Assembly: GCA_029856145.1 (NCBI GenBank)
Contig: JAHQWK010000019.1
Span: 64,001 to 128,000 of the forward strand
Source: Promethearchaeia archaeon
Lineage (GTDB): Archaea > Asgardarchaeota > Lokiarchaeia > Sigyniarchaeales > SOKP01
DNA: 64,000 bases
Direction of reading: 5' to 3'
Each line of letters opens with the position of its first letter. Within the stretch, counting starts at the first letter, position 1. Below are positions 49,191-58,174 of this stretch, one piece after another. The notes under the pieces were generated by a model. The model was given only the letters and a program-made list of their open reading frames with translations. It ran no database searches and was not told where the DNA came from. Both the position numbers and the translations under genes were made by a program.

Positions 49191-50813
49191 TTATTCATTC
49201 AAACGTTTAAAGGTTTTTCCCATTATTTTATAGATATTTAAATACTCTTTAAAGAGGTTATCATAGATCTCTCTATTTTCTGGATTAGGTGTAAAAATGT
49301 TAGATATCTCACAACATCTCTGGATCTCATCCCACTTAAGGTATCCCAATCCTACTGAAGCAATAAACGCAGCTCCTCGAGCATTTGCCTGAATTGGATC
49401 TTTTACTTGTTTTATATTTCTATCTAGAACGTCTGCGAATATTTGACACCAAATATTACTCTGAGCCCCGCCACCGATAATATTAAGTTCTGGAATAACA
49501 ATATCTTTTTTTGTCATACCAGGAGTCTCTTTTATCTTCCATTTTTGAATGAACTTTTCAATGTAGGTGAATAACCATTTGATATTATATGCTACCCCCT
49601 CAAAAATCGCTCGGATGATATGTTCACGAGACATTTCTAAAGAAATATTATATAAACCCCCTCTAATAGTATGATCATCAATAGGTGCTCTTTCTCCAAT
49701 TAACCAAGGAGTAAAAATTAAATTATTTGAACCTGCTGGTACATTCTCAACTATTCTATCAAATATTTTATATACATCAGGTACAGCTTCTTCTTTTAGC
49801 AATTCATCTTTATGATATAAGATTTTGTCTCTAAGAAAAGTTAAAGCGCCTCCTGCCATTTCTTGCTCATTAGCAATAATATATCTGCCTGGTATTGCTG
49901 AGGGTACACTTGCCATATTATGAGCAATATCCGTTTTTTTATAAGGTACGTGGCATGTTAACCAATCAGAAGTACCAATATAAATATAACTTTCATAATT
50001 CCCTACAGCACCAGAACCTACTGTAGCACATGGTACATCTGGAGCACCAACAACAACTTTTGTATCTCTATTTAGTCCTATTTCATCAGCTACGTCATTT
50101 TTTAATGTTCCGAGTATATCAACTGACGTCTTTAATTCTGGTAATTTATCTGAATCAATCTTTAAACCCTTAATTAGTTTTTTAGAATATTTTACATTTT
50201 CAATATCTCTAATATCTGTAACCCAATGGAGGTGAATAGAACTATATGAAGCAGCATATTTCCCCGTGAGTTTTAAATTTATAAAATCTTGAGGTTCTAA
50301 AAATTTAAATGTTCTATTATAAATCTCAGGAAGTTCATTCTTGATCCATAATATATGTGCAATAGGATCCTTACCATTATGAGATGGTCCTCCTCCAGTT
50401 CTTTTTATCCATTTTAAAATTTTACTTAAAGCATATCCTGAAACTTGGAATAAACTCTTATAGAATTTTTTAATATACTTAGCACCCCTTGTATCCATCC
50501 ATATTATAGAATTCATTAGATGATTCCCATCCCTGTCAGTTGCAACGGTTCCACTCCATTGACTAGTATTACATACTCCTACTATATCATCAATCGATAC
50601 CCGTCCACTATCAATTACTTTTTGAGATGTTTTAATAATAGCATTCCACCAGTCATCTGGATCTTGCTCTACAGCCCCTCCTTTAAACACATGTAAAGGA
50701 ACTTCTTGAAAAGCCCATTCAAGAACTTCTCCTTCTGTAGACACTATAGCTGATTTTGGACCACCAGTCCCGTGATCTATTGCTAAAATGTATTTTTTTT
50801 GTGAATTAGACAT
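49191..50813 (-). CDS. FGGY-family carbohydrate kinase (xylulokinase-like)
   Basis: LAIDHGTGGPK, EQDPDDWW, IIWMDTR, IGTSDW, GERAP, RAIFEGV, GGGAQS. Confidence 0.92.
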   Translation of the reverse strand: MSNSQKKYILAIDHGTGGPKSAIVSTEGEVLEWAFQEVPLHVFKGGAVEQDPDDWWNAIIKTSQKVIDSGRVSIDDIVGVCNTSQWSGTVATDRDGNHLMNSIIWMDTRGAKYIKKFYKSLFQVSGYALSKILKWIKRTGGGPSHNGKDPIAHILWIKNELPEIYNRTFKFLEPQDFINLKLTGKYAASYSSIHLHWVTDIRDIENVKYSKKLIKGLKIDSDKLPELKTSVDILGTLKNDVADEIGLNRDTKVVVGAPDVPCATVGSGAVGNYESYIYIGTSDWLTCHVPYKKTDIAHNMASVPSAIPGRYIIANEQEMAGGALTFLRDKILYHKDELLKEEAVPDVYKIFDRIVENVPAGSNNLIFTPWLIGERAPIDDHTIRGGLYNISLEMSREHIIRAIFEGVAYNIKWLFTYIEKFIQKWKIKETPGMTKKDIVIPELNIIGGGAQSNIWCQIFADVLDRNIKQVKDPIQANARGAAFIASVGLGYLKWDEIQRCCEISNIFTPNPENREIYDNLFKEYLNIYKIMGKTFKRLNE

Positions 50814-50940
50814 ATTTTATATAAATGATGTTAATGCAAATAAAGATTTATTTGACGTAAATTCATCAAAATTTTTACAGATTATTTGATTCTTGAAAAA
50901 ATAAACTTAATTTTTGATGGAATAATTTAGTAATTAATTT

Positions 50941-50974
50941 AGTTACCAATATAACGTAAGTTACCAATATAACG
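50941..50974. repeat. Perfect 16-bp direct repeat (period 18) of a palindromic unit; putative tandem operator
   Basis: AGTTACCAATATAACG at 50941-50956 and 50959-50974. Each unit reads GTTAC-N4-ATAAC. Confidence 0.85.
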
Positions 50975-50990
50975 CTAATTTTGATTTATC

Positions 50991-52397
50991 ATGAGTAGTA
51001 TGAAATATGAAGAAATGAAAGCCAAGATAGAAAATATCGTAAATCAACCAATTAGAAAATTTAAGCCAGAGGAATTGAAAGGGATTATTGATAGGTATCA
51101 TAAAAATCACCCAAAATCTAAAAAAGCATATGAAAGAGCACGCAAAATCATTCCTGGGGGTGTTGAGCATAACCTTGCTTTTAATCACCCCTTTCCATTA
51201 GCAAGTAAGAGAGTGTATGACTGCTATATGGAGACTGTTGATGATGTCATTTTAACAGATTATTTAATGTGTGGTGGTCCTATCATTTTAGGTCATCAAT
51301 ATAAACCATTAATCGATAAAGTTGTTGAAGTTGTCCAGGAATCCGGACCGAGTCATGGAATAACTAGTGAATATGAATATTTAGCAGCTGAAGAGCTACA
51401 AAAATATTTTCCTTCATGTGAAATTATAAGATGGCTACAATCTGGGACTGAAGCAGATATGCTTGCCATAAGAATTGCCAGAACTTTTACAAATCGTAAG
51501 TGGGTAATCAAGATTGGCGGCTCTTATCATGGTTGGTCAGATCAACTTGTGTATGATATGCATGTTCCCGGTACTAAACTATTAGAATCTCATGGAATTC
51601 CAAAGACAGTTTTTAAATGGATTGATTCATGCCCTCCAAACGATATTGACACTTTGAAACAAATGTTTAAAGAAAAACGTAAAATAGCTGCTGTTATCGT
51701 TGAACCTATGGGTGGAGAATCAGGAGCAAATCCTGTAAGGCCAGGTTTTAACAAAGAAGTTGAAGAATTGTGCCATAAAAATAAAGCTTTAATGATTTCA
51801 GATGAAGTTGTCTGTGCCTTCAGGCTACACATGGGAGGAGGTCAAGCCTATTTTGGATATAAGCCTGATTTATCCGTATTTGGGAAGATTGTCGGTCACG
51901 GATTTCCTTCTGCTGCAGCTATCGGAGGAAGAGCTGATGTAATGAGTGTGTGTGCCGCTGGACATGGTGGAGGTAAAAAGGCTTATTCTGGTGGAACTTT
52001 AGCGGCTAACCCATTAACATGCGCAGCTGCTTATTATGCTATTAAATTTGTTAAAGAAACAAATGCAACAGAAAAAGTTACAAGGGCAGGTATGAAATTA
52101 TCTAATGGATTAAATAAAGTTTTTGAAAGCTATAATCTACCATGGTTCTCTTACAATTACGGAGGAACAGTTCATTTCCATACAAGTTGCTTATTTGGAA
52201 TTAATTTAAATGATCCAAAACAAGCAGGACAAATACCAATAAGGAAAGACTTTATGGGTGAAATGGGGGCGGCATTAGTAGATCAAGAGATCATTTCTGT
52301 TGCAGGCAGCAGGTTCTATACATGTATACTTCATTCTGATGAAATTGTTGATGAAACTATAAAGAAAATTGATAATATATGCCAAAAAATCGAATGA
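50991..52397 (+). CDS. Class III PLP aminotransferase (GSA-aminomutase-like)
   Basis: IPGGV, SGTEA, GSYHG, IVEP, SDEV..FR, DLSVFGK, GGTLAANP. Confidence 0.9.
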   Translation: MSSMKYEEMKAKIENIVNQPIRKFKPEELKGIIDRYHKNHPKSKKAYERARKIIPGGVEHNLAFNHPFPLASKRVYDCYMETVDDVILTDYLMCGGPIILGHQYKPLIDKVVEVVQESGPSHGITSEYEYLAAEELQKYFPSCEIIRWLQSGTEADMLAIRIARTFTNRKWVIKIGGSYHGWSDQLVYDMHVPGTKLLESHGIPKTVFKWIDSCPPNDIDTLKQMFKEKRKIAAVIVEPMGGESGANPVRPGFNKEVEELCHKNKALMISDEVVCAFRLHMGGGQAYFGYKPDLSVFGKIVGHGFPSAAAIGGRADVMSVCAAGHGGGKKAYSGGTLAANPLTCAAAYYAIKFVKETNATEKVTRAGMKLSNGLNKVFESYNLPWFSYNYGGTVHFHTSCLFGINLNDPKQAGQIPIRKDFMGEMGAALVDQEIISVAGSRFYTCILHSDEIVDETIKKIDNICQKIE

Positions 52398-52400
52398 GCT

Positions 52401-53663
52401 TTATATCTTAAAAGCCCATTCCCCATTTCTCATAATAGACTCGCTTTTTCCATTTTTTGTTATCCCATCAACATTCATTTTTTCTGAGCCAATCATAAAG
52501 TCAATATGTGTTTTGCTAATATTACCCCCTGCATTAGAAAACTCCTCGTTAGACATATTTTTACCATTTTTCAAAGCAAATTGAAACCCTCGACCTATAG
52601 CAATATGTGACGAGGCATTTTCATCTATAAGAGTATTATAATAAAGCATTCCTGATTGTGAAATAGGTGAACTGTGTGGAACAAGTGCAACTTCACCTAA
52701 TCTTCTTGCTCCTTCATCTGTTTCAAGTACTTTATGCAACATTTCTTCTCCTTTTTTAGCAGTTGCTTCTATAACCCTCCCATTGGAAAAAGTTAGACTA
52801 ATCTCATCAATTATAACATCTGTATGGCGAGGTTTTGTAGAAGCTACCACTCCTTCTGTCTCATCCTTATGGGTTGTTGTGAAAACTTCTTCAGTAGGTA
52901 TATTTCCTACAAAATCAATTCCACTGTGAGTTTTAAATCGTGCACTCCCCCAAATATGACCCTTAGGTAACCCTATTGCGAGATCTGTCCCAGGGCCCTC
53001 TAATTTTAATGATACAAATTGTTTTTGATTTAAATATTTACTCCTAACTGCGAGTTGCCTGATATGTTCTTCCCAAGCAGCAATAGGGTTTTCATTTTTA
53101 ACCCTGCAAATTTCAAAGATCGCATCCCAAAATTTACTTTTTTGATTTTCTTTAGGAACATCAGGAAATACTTTTTCTGTCCAACCATCAACAGGAGCAC
53201 TAATCGCAGTCCAATTTACAGCACTTTTTGATATTAAATCACTAAAAGGTTTTCTATGTTTAGCATAAGTGTTAAAAGCAGTTGCCATTAATTCTGGATC
53301 TTGACCATCGAGTAAATCAGGATTATAAGCAACAAAGAGAAGAACAGCATCTCCTCCTGTTCCAAATTCGAATTGGCAATCCATTCGCCAAGTGGGGTAT
53401 TCTTCAAAAGAATCTCTTGGAGCGTGTTCAAATCGAGTTTTCCGTAATTGATCATCTTCCCAGAAAACTTCTACATATCTTGCTCCAATTTGATATGCTT
53501 TTTTAGTAATTAGCCGTACTAAAGGAGCCAATTCTATAGGTGTTCCATAAGAATATGCAGTAGGTCCCCCTATCAGTAGACGTTGTCCAGGTTGCAGATT
53601 AAGACCAATTCTTACAATAACTTCTGCGTATTTTTCTAAATTTTTTCCAAATTCCGAAGACAT
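52401..53663 (-). CDS. M29 aminopeptidase (AmpS/AmpT)
   Basis: GLNLQPGQ, NIPTEEVFT, LGEVALV, TLIDENASSHIAIG, HIDFMIG. Confidence 0.93.
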   Translation of the reverse strand: MSSEFGKNLEKYAEVIVRIGLNLQPGQRLLIGGPTAYSYGTPIELAPLVRLITKKAYQIGARYVEVFWEDDQLRKTRFEHAPRDSFEEYPTWRMDCQFEFGTGGDAVLLFVAYNPDLLDGQDPELMATAFNTYAKHRKPFSDLISKSAVNWTAISAPVDGWTEKVFPDVPKENQKSKFWDAIFEICRVKNENPIAAWEEHIRQLAVRSKYLNQKQFVSLKLEGPGTDLAIGLPKGHIWGSARFKTHSGIDFVGNIPTEEVFTTTHKDETEGVVASTKPRHTDVIIDEISLTFSNGRVIEATAKKGEEMLHKVLETDEGARRLGEVALVPHSSPISQSGMLYYNTLIDENASSHIAIGRGFQFALKNGKNMSNEEFSNAGGNISKTHIDFMIGSEKMNVDGITKNGKSESIMRNGEWAFKI

Positions 53664-53840
53664 TCAATTCACAATGACATTTTATATTTTATACTATATA
53701 TTTTATTTTGTTCTATCTCTTTTAATAGCTATCGATTTAAAACATTTAATTATAACTTTAGCATATTTTTCTAAAATTATTTCAAATTCATGAGACATTG
53801 GATTCATCTTTAATTTTTAATTGTACCCAAATACAATTAA

Positions 53841-53921
53841 GATCTTGTATTGGATAATGGTGAAAAAATAGTTATTAAAGATATGTTAGGGCACGCTGAG
53901 GATATTTACTGGCGCTGGTGA
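53841..53921 (+). pseudogene. 3' remnant of a DUF2804-like gene
   Basis: GC-richer patch translating DLVLDNGEKIVIKDMLGHAEDIYWRW*, preceded by an in-frame TAA. Resembles the DUF2804 C-terminus as I recall it. Confidence 0.5.
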
Positions 53922-53966
53922 ATCTATGATTCTATGGTGAAATTATTGTTTATAGTGTTGTGAAAT

Positions 53967-54614
53967 TTATTTAAGGAGATCCAAAGCTTTTTTAACTGCT
54001 AAAGGAGCTGTGAGAGCCCATCCATCAGCACCTTGTTGAAATGCTATATTCTCTGTAACAGGTCCACCACCTGCCATAATTTTTACTCCTTTTGCTTGCA
54101 AGTTTCTCCCTTTAGCTAATTTAACGATTTTTCCGATTTCAGGGAACATAGAGCTTAACATTACTGAAACTAGAATAAGGTTTGCATTATTTTTTTCTGC
54201 CTCTTCGATAAATTTTTCAGCGGGAACATCAAATCCCAGATCAATAATTTCGAAACCTTCTGCTTCGAATAAGTATTTAACCATATTCTTGCCAAGATCA
54301 TGGATATCTCCTTTAGCAACACCAAGAACAGCAATACCTTTACTAATTGCTTTAATTTTCTCTGGGGCTATTTTAGATTTTAAAATATTTGTGCCAGCGT
54401 AAAAAGCATCTGAGGCTAAGATCATATCTGTTAAATAGACAGTTTGCTCATATTGATCTGCAATTTCTTTTAAGCCTGGATATAAACCGTTTTTTATTGC
54501 TTCGAGCGGGTCAATCCCCGCATCTAATGCTTCCTTAGCAGCTTTTATGGCGGTTTCTTCATCAAAATTTAAAACACTTTGCTTTAGTTTATATAAAATT
54601 TCTTTTTCTGACAT
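53967..54614 (-). CDS. Corrinoid (B12-binding) protein, MtaC/MtbC-like
   Basis: N-terminal cap domain; GDIHDLGKNMV (DxHxxG), IDLG.DVP, AGGGP, GADG. Confidence 0.92.
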   Translation of the reverse strand: MSEKEILYKLKQSVLNFDEETAIKAAKEALDAGIDPLEAIKNGLYPGLKEIADQYEQTVYLTDMILASDAFYAGTNILKSKIAPEKIKAISKGIAVLGVAKGDIHDLGKNMVKYLFEAEGFEIIDLGFDVPAEKFIEEAEKNNANLILVSVMLSSMFPEIGKIVKLAKGRNLQAKGVKIMAGGGPVTENIAFQQGADGWALTAPLAVKKALDLLK

Positions 54615-54619
54615 GGTTG

Positions 54620-55747
54620 TTAACCTCCTCCTTCATCTGCATAATTTGCACCCATACCAGTTTGAAAATTTTTACCATATGTTCTGGCGGCTTTCACAAC
54701 TGCCATTGCATTATACAGAGGTGCATAGGGGGGATATTCACATGATGCCCCAAGAATATACCCAGCTGGTGACTTTCCAAAGACTTCGAGTTGTCTTTTA
54801 CATTCTTTTATAACTTCATGAGGATTTGCCCACGCAAGTAATGAAACGCTTAAAAATCCTAAGAAAATTAATTTTTTACCATATTTTTCAACCATTTCCT
54901 GTTCAGTTTTTACACCATCGGGCAAGAATGCGTTCTGAATTAAGACTGGTCGAAGATGCTCGATTAAAAGATCAAAGTAGGGACCTCGACCACAAGTATG
55001 AACCATGTAAAATGCTCGTTTTTTCCGCACAAAATCAGCAATCTTCTTTTGATAGGGCATATCTAATTCTAACCACATTTCTTTACTCATAAGCTCTCTC
55101 TCGGCTAAAACAACGGGAACCATAATTGTTTGAGCCCCCGACTCAATCTGTTTTTCGATATATTCTATTTGAATATCAGTTATAATTTCTAGTGCATCAT
55201 GAAGCTTATCTTTATGATGTACGAAATCTCTCACGAACTCATTAACATTGCGAAGACGACTTAATAATCCTAATGGGCCAATTGTCATCCCTCCAATCAT
55301 TAAATCAGGTAGTTCTTCTTTAATAGTTTTAACAACTTTTATTTGGTTATTCATCCTGTCAGCATGGGACCAATCAAATAATCTCTCTATGTTTTTGTAA
55401 TCATTAGGCGTTTTGATTATTGGATTATATGGATCTGGATAAGCAGCGTTGTCTGGCGGATATATAATTTTAGCTCCAAAACCTTGCGCCTCAACGCAAA
55501 GATCTGGCATTGCTGTAATACCATCATATCCAAAAAGCTGTTGTGCTTCTATTTGACATCTTAAAAATAAATCTGGTTTAGTAGCATATTCTCCATAGTT
55601 TAACCTTCTTATTTGAGCCGCTGCTGCTGAAACAAAGGGAAAGCACGGAACTCTATCAAGTTTCTTTCGCGTTAAAAGACCTGTTATTCTTTCCATTGGA
55701 GTCATATATTCTTCGCATTCTTTTGGCATTTTTTCTATTTTTGACAT
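54620..55747 (-). CDS. MtaA/CmuA-family methylcobamide methyltransferase (URO-D fold)
   Basis: TPMERI...DRVP, VEAQGFG, GPL, Zn motif HTC...GASC. ATG at 55747 preferred over the ORF-track start 55855. Confidence 0.88.
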   Translation of the reverse strand: MSKIEKMPKECEEYMTPMERITGLLTRKKLDRVPCFPFVSAAAAQIRRLNYGEYATKPDLFLRCQIEAQQLFGYDGITAMPDLCVEAQGFGAKIIYPPDNAAYPDPYNPIIKTPNDYKNIERLFDWSHADRMNNQIKVVKTIKEELPDLMIGGMTIGPLGLLSRLRNVNEFVRDFVHHKDKLHDALEIITDIQIEYIEKQIESGAQTIMVPVVLAERELMSKEMWLELDMPYQKKIADFVRKKRAFYMVHTCGRGPYFDLLIEHLRPVLIQNAFLPDGVKTEQEMVEKYGKKLIFLGFLSVSLLAWANPHEVIKECKRQLEVFGKSPAGYILGASCEYPPYAPLYNAMAVVKAARTYGKNFQTGMGANYADEGGG

Positions 55748-56044
55748 ATATTTCACTTCTTTTCTGAAAAAGGTTTTAAAAACAATATGAATTTTGAAAT
55801 ATTTATAATTAAAATAAGGGAATCCCAAGGTTTTAAAACTTTCACCCAAAAGCACGATCTTGTTATAAAATTTTGTTATAAAAATATAGTATATTAACTA
55901 TTTTCAAGAGAAAAAATTTAATTTATTGTCTTCACGTTAAAATTTTTATTTATGTAAAATATTTATAGGATATTGATATTTAGATTTTCAGATTTTATTT
56001 AAAAATGTTATTGCACCCTAATTTAATGCGACGCAACAAGTAAA

Positions 56045-58174
56045 ATGCATGAAGTAAATTTAGAATTAAAAAAATTGCTAACAGACGACCAAAAGTATAT
56101 TTTCATCGCTGGGGCTGGTTGTTCTATTAATTCACCTTCTAATCTTCCAAGTAGTAATGAAATAATGGAAGAAATAATTAAATTTACATGTGCAAAATCA
56201 GAAATTGAAAATATTTCTATATTGGAAGGATTAAGATTTGAAACATTATTAGAAATTATTAGAAATCAATTAGATAATGATTTGAAAATAGTAGAATATT
56301 TTGAACAATGCAATAGACCTAATATTATTCATTTTTTTCTGGCAGAAATGGTAAACAAGGGTCATGCTGTTATTACAACAAATTTTGATTTTTTGATTGA
56401 GCATGCCCTAATTCAATCTAACATTGGTAAGGATCATATCTTTTCAGTAATAACTGAAAAAGACTATAGAGAATTTAAAAATATTTTAGAAGAATTAGAC
56501 ACTGGGAAAAAATTTTTATTTAAAATTCATGGATCGATGAAAGATATATTGACTGAAAGGAATACTAAAGAATACTTTCTTTCATTAATTAAAAAAATTG
56601 GTTCTTTTAAATCCGAATTTGATTTGTTTTTTGTTGAACCATATAAAGGAGTTTTACTTAATAAGCTGTTAAATAATGCCATTTTAATTCTGATAGGTTA
56701 TTCTGGACAAAATGATTATGATATAATTCCCATCTTAAAGAAATATCATAAATTAAAAAGAATCCTGTGGGTTAATCATATTACAAACGATCAAGGGAAT
56801 AATAACATTCTTGAGATTGGAAAAAAAAGTAAAAAACCTCCCAAAGATATGGACGACTTAGATAAAATCCTTTTTCAGATCAAGAACCAGAATCCCAATG
56901 TTGAATTATTTAGAATAAATACAAATTCAATAAAATTTATAAAAAAGATTACAGATATTGAATATGATCTTAATACTAATGACTTTTCTATAGAATTTAG
57001 AGATTGGTTACACCAAAATGTTGAAATTCCTAATATGATGATGAAATATTTGATTCCCCATGTACTGTACTTTAATTTTGATAGATTTGATGATTCTTTC
57101 AGATGTGGTATAAGAGCACTAGAATATATTAATGAGAATGATGATCAAAATCATAAACTCTTAATTTTAAATAATATTGCATGGTTTTACTTTAGAATGG
57201 GAAATTATTCTGAAGCAATTTTAAATTTTGAAGAAGCACTTAAAATTTCTCAGAAATTAGGTTATAAAGATCGAGAAATTATTTATTTAAGTAATTTAGG
57301 AGAAATTGATGAGAGAATAAAGAATTTTCCTAAGGCGCTGCAAAGATACAAGGAAGCAATGAAAATACTGGAAGAAATTGGTAATCTCAGTGAAGAACTT
57401 AGAATTATTAATAGCATTATTGAAATATATGAAACAATACAAATTTATTCTGAAGCATTATTATACTCTGATAAGGCAATTAAAATTTCTGAAAAATTGG
57501 GTGATTTAAAAAAGAAAGCAATTATATCAAACAATATCGCATCAATTCATCATAAACTTGAAAATCTTAATTTATCTTTAGAATATTTCCAACAATCAGA
57601 AAAAATTTTCAGAAGATTAAATGATATTAGAAACTTAGCGATATGCTTGAACAATATTGGAACAATTTATCAAAATTTTGGAGATTTTTCGATTGCTTTA
57701 GAAAAATTCGAAGAGGCTTTGGAATATGATGAAAAATTGAAAAATAAAGAAGGAAAAGCTTGGCACTTATCTAAGGTAGGAGAAGTATATTTTAATCAAA
57801 AAAACTATATAGAATCCTTAAAATATTTTATAGATGCTATTAAAATATCCCAAGAGTTAAAAGATTTTAGAAGTGAAATGAAATTTCACAATTTGCTCGG
57901 AAAATCATATTATTATTTAAGGGATTATACAAATGCTATGAATTCATTTAATAAAGGGATAAAAATTGCAGAAATGTTTAAAGATTTACCAACAAAGGCA
58001 GATTTTCTTAACAATATTGCTGGATGTTATTTTATGCAGTTAAATTATGAAAAGTCTTTAAAATCTGCTGAAGAGTCACTTTTAATTCTTAAATTAATTG
58101 GATTGGGAAAATCTATAAAAGCAATAACTTTAGAAAAGAAAATAATGAATATGAAAAATCAAATTAAACTATAG
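56045..58174 (+). CDS. SIR2-like (NADase-type) domain fused to TPR array
   Basis: FIAGAGCS..SNLP, ITTNFD, KIHGS, IGYSG..DYDI; about 8 MalT-like TPRs (LNNIG..Y...A...EEAL). Confidence 0.88.
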   Translation: MHEVNLELKKLLTDDQKYIFIAGAGCSINSPSNLPSSNEIMEEIIKFTCAKSEIENISILEGLRFETLLEIIRNQLDNDLKIVEYFEQCNRPNIIHFFLAEMVNKGHAVITTNFDFLIEHALIQSNIGKDHIFSVITEKDYREFKNILEELDTGKKFLFKIHGSMKDILTERNTKEYFLSLIKKIGSFKSEFDLFFVEPYKGVLLNKLLNNAILILIGYSGQNDYDIIPILKKYHKLKRILWVNHITNDQGNNNILEIGKKSKKPPKDMDDLDKILFQIKNQNPNVELFRINTNSIKFIKKITDIEYDLNTNDFSIEFRDWLHQNVEIPNMMMKYLIPHVLYFNFDRFDDSFRCGIRALEYINENDDQNHKLLILNNIAWFYFRMGNYSEAILNFEEALKISQKLGYKDREIIYLSNLGEIDERIKNFPKALQRYKEAMKILEEIGNLSEELRIINSIIEIYETIQIYSEALLYSDKAIKISEKLGDLKKKAIISNNIASIHHKLENLNLSLEYFQQSEKIFRRLNDIRNLAICLNNIGTIYQNFGDFSIALEKFEEALEYDEKLKNKEGKAWHLSKVGEVYFNQKNYIESLKYFIDAIKISQELKDFRSEMKFHNLLGKSYYYLRDYTNAMNSFNKGIKIAEMFKDLPTKADFLNNIAGCYFMQLNYEKSLKSAEESLLILKLIGLGKSIKAITLEKKIMNMKNQIKL

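Noticed and set aside
50941-50974. Direct repeat as CRISPR remnant or target-site duplication
   Set aside because: Only two 16-bp units with a 2-nt spacer, no cas genes and no inserted element. No CRISPR array seen anywhere in the window.
50991-52397. Calling the aminotransferase hemL
   Set aside because: No tetrapyrrole gene context, and it is linked to a sugar kinase; the family is clear but the substrate is not.
55760-55890. Possible cobalamin riboswitch upstream of the mtaA/corrinoid operon (AGGGAATCCC; short TTGTTATAAAA repeat)
   Set aside because: The AGGGAA motif is on the wrong strand, there is no B12 box, and the region is too AT-rich.
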